The translations under genes were made by a program, and so were the position numbers. DNA of 64,000 nucleotides. It comes from Antedon mediterranea (Eukaryota > Animalia > Echinodermata). This document shows, in pieces, positions 24,501 to 37,200 of this stretch (positions are counted from its first letter, which is position 1; every line of letters begins with the position of its first letter). The notes under the pieces are model-generated. The model saw only the letters and a list, made by a program, of their open reading frames with translations, ran no database searches and was not told where the DNA came from. The DNA lies in the NCBI RefSeq assembly GCF_964355755.1, contig NC_092670.1, positions 238,201 to 302,200 on the forward strand, read 5' to 3'.

Positions 24501-27500
24501 ATCAATAACAAACAACTTCATACCTCCACTACACTCTCTGTGTTTACTGCCTGATACATTTTTAACTTTTTACTTTTTCCTGGAAACAACATATACCACA
24601 ACTTTCTGAAAACACCAGCTTCTATAACCAAGACCCAGACAAAGTACAGAAAACCAGTGACACCTAAAAACACGAGGTCCCGGCCAATACCAGGCGTCGC
24701 CCATCCCAAGTAGTTTTCGTTAACACTCAAATCAGGAGTGGCTATACAAGAAAAAAAATGCATTCAAATATTATTTATTTACATTTGTCAGCAATTTAAA
24801 GTATTTCTTGGGTAGACTATTTTCAGTACTGTGTATCACTATTAAGTGATATGGATAAAAACTGAAGGGGAAACATGCAACAAATAATTAACAACTCTAA
24901 TACTTACCTTGGCAAATTATACGAGCTTCAGGACTTGAATTGCAAATTTTTAAATACTGATAGTTAATGTAGATGTCGTTCATAGCCTTTGCAAGACAGA
25001 ATGATGGAGAGAATAGAAAGATCCAATGTAGAGCATTTCCCACTTTCATTAGGTTCAATTCTGGCATCTCAAGAATTTCCACGGCAAGGAACGCTGTTGT
25101 CCCAAAAAGAATATTGAAGATTGCCATACGTACAAAACCAGCAGACGGTGATTTAAACAAGAACGAGAAGAGGTACATAAGCGGTATGATGGCCCATCCA
25201 TAAAGGAACAAGAGTAGAAAGACGTACCCAAGTCTGCCATCGTCTGTGTAGGCTTTAACGTCAAAGGCAATGAAGACAAATATGATCAGTATGCTTGTTA
25301 TTGTGTAGTTTATGAGATCCCACAAGAAAGTTGACAGCCAGAAATTTGTGAGGTGAACACCACTGACAAACTGTATATGTTTAGCCTTCGTTGCTCTCTC
25401 TTTAATAAGAAACACAACGAATGTACTTGCCAGAATAGACATTCCAAATACCATGTCAAATGCAATTACAAACCCAGTTGTGAATCCATTGTTTATCTCG
25501 TCATCGGCTTTCTCAGACACAGAGCGTGGTAGCGGGTAGTTAAATGTAGTTATGGAGTACGAAGTATTCAAGGAGGCTTTAAGGAGAGCGTTGGTGTACG
25601 CATTAAGAGCGATTCCCGGTGTATGCCACGGTTGGTTGTTGAAGAATGCAGTTCCGTCTAAATAACTGTTTTTTGTGTTCTTTTTAAACACAGCTGCTAT
25701 TAGATATCTTTCATTAAATGTCACCGTGTCCTTAGAGCTTATATTAACAATTGCATCTATCATATTACATGATTGGTGGTCTTTGTTCAAATTAATTCCC
25801 TTCGTCATTGTGTTGTCAAACTGTTCAGCAAAAGCATTGGTATATCGACTATACTGTGCTGTATGGTTGTCATGGCAGTAGAGTACCTTGTTTTCTCCGT
25901 AAGAATCTGGCTTAAGCTTCAAAGCTGGAAGATCCGATGGAGGGGGGAATGAGTTGACTGCTAACAGTGCAAACATTGTGTACAACAGTGGAATTAAAAT
26001 CTGAGACAATGTTACAAGCAAATTGCGTCTGGTATGAATCACTCTTTTTACAAACATGCCATAAAATTGTTGGGCATATAAGCGAATTCCAAAATTTCGT
26101 AATCCAAACAAAGCAAAACCTGTTAAGATAGAAATCAAGATAACGTCAAGTTGAGGGAGAATATCCCGCATTAGTACAGTAATTTAAGTTGAGGGCGAAT
26201 ATCCCGCATTTGTACAGTAATTTAAGTTGAGGGCGAATATCCCGCATTTGTACAGTAATTTATGTTATCAGCACGTGCTTCAGTAGACTACTAGACCTAC
26301 CTATTTCAGGGTCGTGTGTAGACAATAGAGGAGTTGTTTCATCGTGTGTAGACAATAGAGGAGTTGTTTCATCGTGTGTAGACAATAGAGGAGTTGTTTC
26401 ATCGTGTGTGGACTGGACTTTTGGCTGGTCAATGCTCAAACTCTCAACATCACTAAGAGAGCTTCCATTGCTACGGTAACCACTGCTTTCATCATTGTCA
26501 GGGCAATGAGATTGGTTTCCAACTCTAGATATAGAAGAAAATGCATTATTGTATTAAATATGTGTATACTTTGTACTGTCTACACTTCTGCTTTTTCCAT
26601 TCAACCTCAAGATATCATGGACAAATTCTTTCATCTTTGTTTAAAATATTTGGAAAATCAGATTTCAGATTTTCAGAATAGCCCAAACCTTAGGAGCTTA
26701 TTTCCATGGGGTTCTTTAAACTAAACTCACTTTAAAAACACTTCTTCCATTGTGGTGACTGAAACTCCATAGCTTCTAATGCCAAGGTCATTACTTCTCT
26801 TCTCCATGTTGTTAAAAAGCCCTTCAAACTGTGCAACTTCCTCATGAGGCAAAATAAATGTTAACTCGTTGCCAATGTTATTCTCTATTTCGGAATTCTT
26901 GATTGTTGAATAGATCATATCTTTGATCTCTGCCACTTTACAATTCTCTCCTTTTGAAATTGTCATGTGATACCCAACACCTGCAAATACAAGATCTGAT
27001 TATTTAATTCTTTTCAGATAAATTATTATTGGTTTTGCCAAACACTTGAGTTTTGCAGTACCAATTTACTGACTGATACTCGCCTCCTTGGGATAAAATC
27101 TAACAATAGGCATTAAGCACAAGCTTGTTTGCTCCAGCTGAGAATAGCTTGTAATTTTGTAATTCTGTAAAATTTACATTTGATTTGTCAAACCGGCTTA
27201 ATTAAATAAACAACAACCCAAAATTACAAACCATATCTATTTTTTAGAAACAATGACGATCCACAACACTGTAGTTCTCCTTCAGCCATAATAGCTATAC
27301 GATCGCCAAGTAGATCCGCTTCATCCATGTGATGAGTGGTCAGTAAAATGGTACGACCAGCACGATGTCTTTGAAGAATATCCCAAGTAAAGCGTCGTGC
27401 TGCTGGATCCATTCCAGATGTTGGCTCATCTAACATGATTATCTACAAATATAATTTATTGTACACTTTGTCAAAGTATTCGCTATCTGCGGTTGGCTGA

Positions 27501-30500
27501 CTAAGTGTGTACTTAACTTGTACTAACTCACCTTGGAGTCTGCAATAAGTGCAATACCAACTGATAACTTGCGTTTCATACCACCAGATAAAGACTTAGA
27601 ACGAACATGCCGTTTATCTTCCAATGCAAGTGATGATATGTACTTATCTACTTCAGATTTGACCATTTTTTTTGGACAATTCTTTAACTGTTTAAAAAAG
27701 AAGAGACAAAATTTGTTAACCAATTCATAAAGATTGTGGTTCAGATCATTGGATCGCACAAAATAACAGTTTTTGAGATTTTAAAGATTGAATATATAAG
27801 CAATGAAAATTTAATATTAACCTTTGCAAAAAAATACAAATGCTCCTCTACAGTAAGATCATCAAACAGTACGTCATGTTGTGGACATAATCCAAGACTG
27901 GATCGCACACCATCAATATCCTTACGGATGTCATATCCATTAACAATGGCCGTGCCCTCAGACGGTGGGAAGAGGCCAGTTAGCATGGACATAGTGGTCG
28001 TCTTGCCGGCACCGTTGTGACCCAGTAGAGCTGTAATCTGACCCTCAAAAATATTCAGTGAGATCTCATTCACTGCCACTTTGGATCGATTAAAAACCTA
28101 AAATGTAAATTTAATATTACTTTATTATTTCTCTTCAAATGTAATGAGCATTTCTTAAAATGAGGATGTTTTAGTAGTTTAACATTTTATCTTTTAAACT
28201 TACTTTCTTCAATTTTCTAATCTGTATTCCAGCAATTTGACCCTCAGGATCTTTTTCAAAGTATTTAGAATCTCTGTCATCTTCAAAATCTGGCTCCTGA
28301 CTTTCAATCACTTTGGTGCCAAACCAGTAGGATTTCTGTAAGAAACAAATACATAACATTTGGAGAATATTTCTGAGGAAATGTTACATAAACTCAGAGA
28401 AATTTAATAGGAGGATACCAAAACCAAACGAGAAAGAATGGAATTTCTGCTAAACTGAATGTTTAATTTAATTAGAATGGTTTTAACTTTGCATTTGTAA
28501 ACACCTTTCAACTTTTGTATTGTTTTAGTTACGTTCTTTTTACTCCTTTTAATTGTTTTTTTGTTGTAAATAGTATTGTATACTGAAACAGCCTCCTTGT
28601 TAAAAACACTAGTAATCAAGTTTTCTGTTTTTTACTATTATTATTTTTTGTGAAAATTCTAAAAACTGCTGGCATCATTTTATATGTAGCTTGTGTACAT
28701 ACCATTACTGGAAAGTACCATTTCCTTGGAATTCCAAATTCTCCTGGGAATACTGCCTCAACATACCATGTTATAATACCATAAAGTATTGCATCAACCA
28801 CTAGCATCACTAACACATCGAGAAAAGTGAAGTTGTCATCGGATGAGATTGGTCGAGAGATATTGCTCCATTGCACTCCTTCACCTAAATACAATAAGAT
28901 GTATTTCATTTGTTTGCACAGCAGTAGATGCATGCCTTTTGATCAATTACAGGGCCGTAGTCACCAGTACGTTTGGTAAGGTTTCAACCTGACCACTTTT
29001 TCACAGAGGCCTTTCATAAACCAGTGGCTTGAACAGAGATTGTTCCCTTTTCTTCCAAAAACACACCACTAAATCACTGACTTTAGTATTTAAAAAGTAA
29101 CTTCCCCACTATGCTTAGACACATTCAACTTATTTTTAACTGATGTTTCCATGTCCTGAAAAGACTTAATAGTGATAAAGATAACATACCTGTACCCTCA
29201 AACAACCCTATAATAAAAGCTCCAAATGCCATGGCAGTATTAGACAAAAGACAAGCTCCAAACTTTGCTGATCTACTCAGTGTACTATACTGATTAATTA
29301 AGAACATATAAGGTATGTATGAAAAAAACCATACAACTCCGGCTACTACCGCTGCTGTGTTAGCTAGAAAACAAAAATACATTATCAATGCAAAATTAAA
29401 TGTATACATACAATGCATGTCATAGAAACAAGACATTAGGTGATCAGCTGCATAGCTTGCTTGCTGATGGAGGTGACATTTACAGAACAGTAGGTTTATT
29501 GAGACAAACAATCTTATATTCTACTAGTTATTAATATTGCTATACAAATTAAAAATTACCTTTTGAGAAGAAAACACTAACGGTGAAGCAAAGACTGACA
29601 GTCGACAACGAGAAGCAAAGGAAGAAGACAAAAATGACTGTAGGGTCACTGTTACTGATAACTGACCCCTTGTCTCCCACTTTGACCCAGTACAGTAAGG
29701 TCATAAAGAAGGTACTGATAGCAAGGAAGGCAAAGCACTTGGTGAACCATGCCAACCAATGCAACCAGTTGTTTAAACCCATCATTTTCATGGACTCCTG
29801 TAGAAAAAAATAAAAAACAAAGAGTCCCACTCTATTATATACTGTATAACTTTGTAATGTGTTCCCCATTTCATTATTTTCTGATTCACCTTATTCATGA
29901 CTATTTATAAACTGAATAGAAAAGCATCAAAAGCCTATAGAGCACAAAATGAGAACCATGCAATATTATGATATCTTACCTTCAATTTTTTCTCTTTTTC
30001 CTGGACAATACTCCTAGTAATGTCCAAGGCATTCAATATGTAACTGATTAGCAAGAGTATTGGCAGTTGCGACTGAATGACAAGGATAAAGAGATCGTCA
30101 TTGTACGGTGGATAGGGGAACCTCTGCATGTTGATTGTGATGTTTTTAATTTCAACCTTACTTTCTTTTAGAATCGCTATATCAACTGCATTCTGTAGTG
30201 AAAGAAATCCTTCTCGCCAATAACCTATTAAGAATAGATTAATATTAAAAGCAGAAAGGGAATGTTTCACACCACGTTTGTTTTTGTTTCTCATCATCCA
30301 GCGAATATCATAGGGAAAAAATCAGTACTGTATTATTATTATTATTGATTCTTTATACTAGGTAGGTAGTCTCTTTAGTCAAAGACTGTTCTCCCAGAGG
30401 GTCCAGTATATAGTATAGTACTATGATGAGTTTGTGACAGTGGCTGTGTGTGAACTAGTACATCAGGGTAACGCCTTACTCGTCTTGAAAGATGTACTAG

Positions 30501-31598
30501 TCCTGAACTAGATGTGTACACTGGACCTATGGTTTATAGTCCTTATCTGAAAGACTCGTTCTACCACCAGAACGATGGAGCGAGTGAGCCTCGAACCCTT
30601 GCCGATGTTATGGCTACGTATGACGGTCTACTGTCTTAACCGCTTGGCCACTAACTGGCACTCACTGTATTGTTTTATTTCAACAAATTCAAACCCACAA
30701 TTCTTACCTGGTTCACCTCCACGTGAGTGATTAATTTCTCTTGGTCCTGGCAGCTGAACTAGTGGAACCAATTCATTTGTTTTCCATCTGCTCTCATTAC
30801 TCTTTCCACCAATTTCATCAGCTATAGGCACGTTTACTTGGCTGGCTTTTAAACGGATACTATACGTGATGTTTGTGGGAAATGCATTTTGTTTCTCAAA
30901 GTTGTCAGCAAATACAATGCCACCAAGGAAACTGGAATTCGCTTCAATAATTCTTTTAGCCGCATATTTCAGAAGCTCGTCTTCAGTATCAAACCCAGTA
31001 ACTAATGTTTAAAATAATAAATACAAAATGTATATTAAAAAAGCTGGTTTATACAATTAGAACATAACTTATTCTGGTGAATTTTGAATTTCATTTTAGT
31101 AAATTAAGCTTGTTAAAACAATAGTGGAAAAGAGTTGCTTGTGAACATTTTTATTTTTGATAAATGAGAAAAGTAATTAAATCAACGAACAATATCTACA
31201 AATTGATCTGTTGGAATTAAATCTAAACAAAGCAACTTACTTTTAGATATTGATATATGACTTTCATAATGTAAACTTCCCTTAACATCTTCCATAACTT
31301 TCTCAAGGATTTCATTCTTTGGCGAGTATGCTATCTCCCATTTAAATGGCTTGTATAAAGGAAATAATGGCGATGGCCTGATTGGTGTCAAACTATTAGG
31401 AAATCGCTTTACGGAAAAGTCTTCATAAATTGTCGCATTAGGATAAATTTTAAATGCGACTCTTGTACGTATTGCAATCAGGATCACAGCAAACACAACA
31501 GGCATGGCAATCTCAATTATCGTCCAGATTTTTCTTCGCTTTTGGAGAACATAATTTTTCCACAGAAGCAACAAAAATTGATTGGACCTTCGACCCAT
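21560..31598 (-). CDS. ABCA3: ABC transporter subfamily A, ABCA3-like, full TMD-NBD-TMD-NBD, 19 coding exons, ~1737 aa
   Basis: Exons 31598-31241, 31001-30708, 30224-29980, 29797-29560, 29363-29190, 28884-28703, 28335-28204, 28097-27822, 27687-27532, 27442-27232, 26980-26731, 26524-26301, 26119-24908, 24741-24524, 23622-23326, 23043-22856, 22693-22523, 22130-21940 and 21756-21560 sum to 5214 nt, in frame. N-terminal [12 protein letters not shown], Walker [10 protein letters not shown] and GINGAGKST, signature LSGGMKRKL and YSGGNKRKL, Walker B LDEP, and [10 protein letters not shown] / GYWREGFL typical of ABCA3. Confidence 0.93.
23741..24563 (-). repeat. 70-bp minisatellite x12 made of the ABCA3 exon-14 end plus its 5' splice site
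   Basis: The minus-strand unit contains ...ATGTATCAGGCAGTAAACACAGAGAGTGTAGTGGAG|GTATGAAG...; copies at 70-bp spacing (one 66-bp unit). Confidence 0.96.
26148..26262. repeat. 38-bp intronic tandem repeat x3
   Basis: AAGTTGAGGGCGAATATCCCGCATTTGTACAGTAATTT units. Confidence 0.9.
26312..26409 (-). repeat. 30-bp coding tandem repeat x3 ([10 protein letters not shown]) in ABCA3 exon 12
   Basis: In frame within exon 26524-26301, in the NBD1-TMD2 linker. Confidence 0.9.
30330..30659 (-). mobile_element. tRNA-derived SINE, copy 1 (ABCA3 intron)
   Basis: Minus-strand head AGTGGCCAAGCGGTTAAG (A box) ... GGTTCGAGGCTC (B box), and an (AAT)n tail at ~30330. Homologous to 37065..37418. Confidence 0.8.
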
Positions 31599-31750
31599 CT
31601 TTGATTCTTTTTGCTACCGTCTGAAATTAATAAAAAATAAATCATTCATTAAATAATAGTATGTTTGCCATTATAGTAACAACTTAAATATGAAAGAAAG
31701 TAAAAATGATCAATGGCCATCCACAAAGAGCATGCAATACCTCCAAGTCA

Positions 31751-31783
31751 GTTTTATCATAGAGATATTCTCTATGGTTTTAT
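31751..31783. mobile_element. Minimal palindromic insertion / P-element-like footprint with 7-bp TSD
   Basis: GTTTTAT-CATAGAGA-TAT-TCTCTATG-GTTTTAT. Confidence 0.6.
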
Positions 31784-33324
31784 CAATAACAAAATTCAGA
31801 TATGAATCACTATAATATGAATGAAGAATCACATGTCAACTATATTACTAGCAAGGTCAGCAGCCTAAGGTAATCCAACACTCTAAAATAAACAGGAAGC
31901 CATGATTACTACAAGGATTTATAGTCACATGGATTTTCACATGATATTTAGCAGCAAGAGATGATGCAAGAAATAAAATATGAATAACACCCGTCTACTG
32001 TAGTCAAGACATTCTATTTACAAATAGTGACATGCCTGATAACAAATTGGAATAGCCATGTGCAGCTTTGGCAATAACACTAACTAAGTAACTTTAAAGC
32101 CAAACATTTTATTTACACAATACCGGTACTGAATCAATTAAAATAACCGGTGTAAATATTGCACACAATAATACTGTAAGTAGGTACTTGTTTGATTCCA
32201 AAGGTATTGCAATATTAGTTGACAAACGGATGTAAAAATAAAGTTGGGAAACAGTTACTATTATTGCCTTTATTTTCTTGATATTTCTATGAAATCTTTC
32301 ACAAATGAAAATGGTGGAGCTGTTTAAACATGATGTTCTCTCCTGTTTTTTTGTGTAAATTGCATAAAAATAATAATATTGAAGCTATATTTGTTTATTT
32401 TTCATATTATTTTAATGTAAGTCAATTATAGAAGATCGTAAAATGTACAATTTATGGTTAACTATTGTATTTTGTAGAACCTTTTTTTTTGTATGTGTGA
32501 TTGATAAATCTCTAAAAAAGGAAATACAAATGTGGTTTATGAATTTCTATGGAAATCTGCATCATGTGATGATAATTGCAACACCCCGGAAAGTGATCAT
32601 GTGATTTTGGAATTCTATTTTTTATTAAAGATGGTAAAAAACGCTTTATTTTTTTTAATGGTTGTTGTAAAGATTTAAATTAATGAATATTCATTAACTC
32701 ACAATGTGAAAATAATTAAGTTAATTAAACCTGCTTTCAATTTTATTTAACCTTTTTTATTTGTCAATAAAATATATTTATAAAAATAAATTAGCATACA
32801 TGTTTAATTTTCAACACCACACCAAAGCTGTGGATATCACACTATGTTAACAGTAAGAAAATATGTACATGCTGTCTCGACTCAGGGATATCTATATCTC
32901 AGGTTTTAATCAATAGGCCCATTCAGGGCCACAAACAAACAAAAGGAGTTGCAGGATGCTACTCATTATATAAGGGTGTAATATCCTTTTGTTTCAACCT
33001 GTTGAATGAATTGAAAGAAAAAGTTGGAATGGAAAAAAACAACAAAGCAATTGACAATATGTAAAGAAAACATAACTGAAATGTAATAAAGTATTGCAGT
33101 AATGAACATAAATAATTAATGACAAAAAGACCATTCCACTCCACAATTCATCAGAATCTTCAATTACATAATTATTAATAATATTATATAAGCTCTTGCT
33201 AGCCTAAAAAATACTATCCATCCTGGCTGGACTCAGAATTGTATAATAAAAAGTTTGGCTACCGCTTTGTTTATACTTTTAAATTCATTTATTTTGCAAC
33301 AAGTTTTATTAGACCTGCGAGTAC

Positions 33325-33690
33325 TTACATTAATGCAGATTTAAAATCACCATTACATTATTAATATCAATTTTATCAACACCTCTCTATAGCAAGACCG
33401 ACGATCCACAAACTCTGTTCCTTTTGTTGGGGAAATCAGCTGCTATATTCAGATCATGTGACGACTTTGTTGTTTAATCACGTGCAATGATGCCATTCCA
33501 AAATAAGGAATTCTGCGGCCTGAACCGATATTTCATTCCACACTTTCTTCATGTTAGACCGCCACTTACTGGTATAGGATCGCTATTGATGGCGCGCGGA
33601 AACTGATAATTTGAAAACAAAATGCTAGCCTGAAAAGCTACTCTCTAAACCTATAGGCTAGGGCTGAGCCTATATTTTATAAAGTGTAAG
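33325..33690. promoter_or_regulatory. Putative bidirectional promoter with non-coding first exons of ABCA3 (minus) and CEP112 (plus)
   Basis: Local CpG-richer patch (CACGTG, GATGGCGCGCGGAA) flanked by outward GTAAGT donors at ~33328 (minus) and ~33686 (plus). Both start codons are preceded by splice acceptors (31620 and ~34208). Confidence 0.5.
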
Positions 33691-34220
33691 TTATAATTGC
33701 TATGTCGCCGCAAATGTAGTTCATCACACTGAAAGTGTATTATATAGGCCTAGTGGAAAGGCTATCTAAGCCTAGGCCTAGGCCCCTGCCTTGGCCCAGT
33801 TATTTTATTTTAGTCATCAGTCAGGCCAGGAGGGTAGGGATGATTCAGCTGGAATTCGATTCAGCCCGGGTCGTTTCGGCCCAAACTGTTGTTTGTGACG
33901 TTTCGGCCCAAAATTGAGCGTCCCACATATTTAGGCTAAAACGTCCCACATTTTAGACCAACCAAATGATGATTGTTAATTATATAATATTTATGACATT
34001 TATATTATTATTAAGTTGTATTTGTTAAATTGTTTGTAGTAAGTATCATCAGTTCTTGATGATATCCATTTTGTTATAGATACTAAGGCCTACTACTAGG
34101 CCTAGTTTTTTCTTATCGAGAGGAGAGTTTATTTAAATCTTGAATACTGTAAATGACCACCATCCTCCTCATGATTTCCACTTCTAAATTATTAATTTTT
34201 TTTAAAGACAGTACAGTAAA

Positions 34221-37200
34221 ATGGATTCAAGTAACGAGGCACGTAAACGTCATGATGAGGAGTTTGATCAGCACCTTGTCCAAATGAAGCCTTATGTCCT
34301 TAGACTTCCACACAAATCAGGTAACCTTACAATACATCTTGATTTCTTGAAGAATGAATTATCAATTAGTTTCCCTGTCTGCAATAAACGATATAAAAGA
34401 AGAAACAAGTACATTTGCCACACATAAACGTTTGCCAATCAACAAAATGTGTACAATTTAAGAATCTGAAATCTACACACAACAATAAATCATAGGATCA
34501 AACTCTGTTTAAAATGAATATGTAAACTTGTTTTGCAGATAGACAGTGTTGCGCCATGTGGATAAAAAAACTTTGCGAACCAACAGGATCAGGCATTACA
34601 GGAAGGTGAGACTAAATATGGTAGTGATATGACCAAATATGGTAATGATATTACATCATCATGTCCATATATGGGCACATCACATTTTTTCATCACATAA
34701 AGTTTGATAGTGTAGACAGAGCTTAAAACAGTGTACTACATTTTTATTTGGCACAGGGACATAAAATATTCCTAGATGAATTTCTTTATAGTTTTATTAA
34801 TCTATCTTTAACAGGAGAAATCGTAATATGTATTCTAAACTCCTTCTGCACATGCTCAAAAGAGGTGTAATTGAGGTTCCATTCACTAGTAAGCCAGAAA
34901 GTGAACAACTGCCAACGTTTCCATCATACATGGTTTGTAGTTTGTTTATTATACACATTTACCTTTCATATGTCATTGAGACTACTGTGTGTGAAATGGA
35001 TGCGTTGGTAAATGTATACATTTGTTCTTTTCAGGGTATCTACTTTGATGATCCAATTACTGTACAAAGTCCAAAAGGTCATTTCTTACCGGATTGGGTC
35101 ACTGGGGAACTCGGTGCGCCAAGTTCGTCATCAACACTTCGAAGCAGACAAGACTTTGATGATAAGACAGAGGTCACATGGTCCCATAGAAGGTTTGGAA
35201 CTATTTGGTGTTTTCATAAATGACATTTGTTGCTCTGGTGATAGTTATTACTGAGCATGTAAACTGCCATGTTGTTACTTACCTCCGCCAAGGAGGTATA
35301 TGTAATCGGTAGCGTGTGTTTGTTTGTTACTGAGCATGTAAACTGCCATGTTGTTATTTGTTGCTCTGGCGATAGTTATTACTGAGCATGTAAACTGCCA
35401 TGTTGTTATTTGTTGCTCTGGCGATAGTTATTACTGAGCATGTAAACTGCCATGTTATTTGTTGCTCTGGCGATAGTTATTACTGAGCATGTAAACTGCC
35501 ATGTTGTTATTTGTTGCTCTGGCGATAGTTATTACTGAGCATGTAAACTGCCATGTTGTTATTTCATTTATTTTGTCAGAAAAGAACAAATACATAACAA
35601 AGCAAAACAAATACAAACAAAACGAAAAGTTCAAAATTCAAAATGAATCACTGGCTCACCAAAATGGAAATTGAAAGAGAAAATACTTTAAAATTCTTAA
35701 TAAAAAATGTAAAATTATATGAAATGGTTAAAATCTTAATATATGTCCAATAAGATGGGTAATAATGTCAAAGGTTACCAATCCTGGATGAATTGTTTTA
35801 CCACTTCAATAGATACTGTATTATTATAGAATATCCCAATACATAATATTCACATTGTACAGTATTGTCCACTTATTGTAGGCGAACTAAAACAACGGGT
35901 GACGTTCTGTCTAGTGATACCGATTTTGAAGAAAAGGTCGCAAAAGCAAGAGTAAGATTTTGTTTTATTTTTGTGCATTTTGAGTTAGCAAGATAATATT
36001 TAGGATACAAGAAATTTGAGTTTTTTACAGTTTATAAATTGAAGCCCATTTAATTACTCTCATAATTAAATCTAAATATCTAAATAGGAAGGTATAAGAT
36101 CAAGAAGTAAACAAACGTATGCATATTCATCAGAAGAGGAGAAACAGAATGGAGCGCCAATCCGAAGAATAAAATCTCCTCGCCATAGTAAGGTAAGGGT
36201 AAGCGTTTTTAAATTTTCTGGTTCTTTTAAAATGATAATTAAAAGTGTATATCTATAAGTGTTATAGTAAATGCATACAATATTAAAAGTGTATATCTAT
36301 AAGTGTTATAGTAAATGCATACAATATTAAAAGTGTATATCTATAAGTGTTATAGTAAATGCATACAATATTTGGCTTGTAATATGTTTTCTATAGGGCG
36401 ATGCAAAACTGAAAAGTAACATTGAGTTTTCTGAGAGTGATAGTAATGGAACATCAAAACCTTTTATAACCACTAATAGGCTATCAAAAGGTAATAATAA
36501 GTTTCTTCTTTCATATGATATATCCAAAGTCCCACAATAATAAAAAGAAACTAATTGTCTATCAAACTCATTATATATTGTCTGATAAAATATAACAAGT
36601 TTACTTAATATTTTTTTTTTTTAGTTTCAGTTAGTAAAGATGAGGGCGCTATTGTTCGGGCTCATGAGAAAGAGATGGAAATGAAAACAAAAATGTTAGA
36701 GGCTAAATTCAATGAAGAAAAACTAACAATCCAACAATTACATGACCAGACAATACAAAAGGTATAATAAGTAACGTTGTGGCTTCCTTTGGACCTATAG
36801 ATGTATTCAACAAATCACACTTAGGTGATACATTTCCCTTAAATACTTAAAGCAATAAATATTTAATTGTTCTGAGTTCTCAAAACTGCTGAAGTCCAAG
36901 TTAATTAGAAAATTGATCCAATTAAAATATTTAGGCTTACTTTACGGTTATTTTTTCAGATTCTTGACAGAAAGAATGCAGAACTTGAAGATATTACGAA
37001 CCACTACAGATCAAAAGGTTCAGAACTTGAAGAAAACAAAAGAAAACTAGACAAAAAAGGTTAGAGGGATGTACTAGTACACCAGGGTAACCACCTACTT
37101 ATCTCGAAAGATGTACTAGGTTCTTTGAAGTGCAGATGAGCTAGACCTCTTCAGTCAAAGACTGGTCTCCCAGAAGGCCCAGTTATGATCAGTGGCTGTG

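Noticed and set aside
30570-30659. tRNA gene
   Set aside because: A and B boxes are present but belong to a repeated SINE head; no complete cloverleaf is evident.
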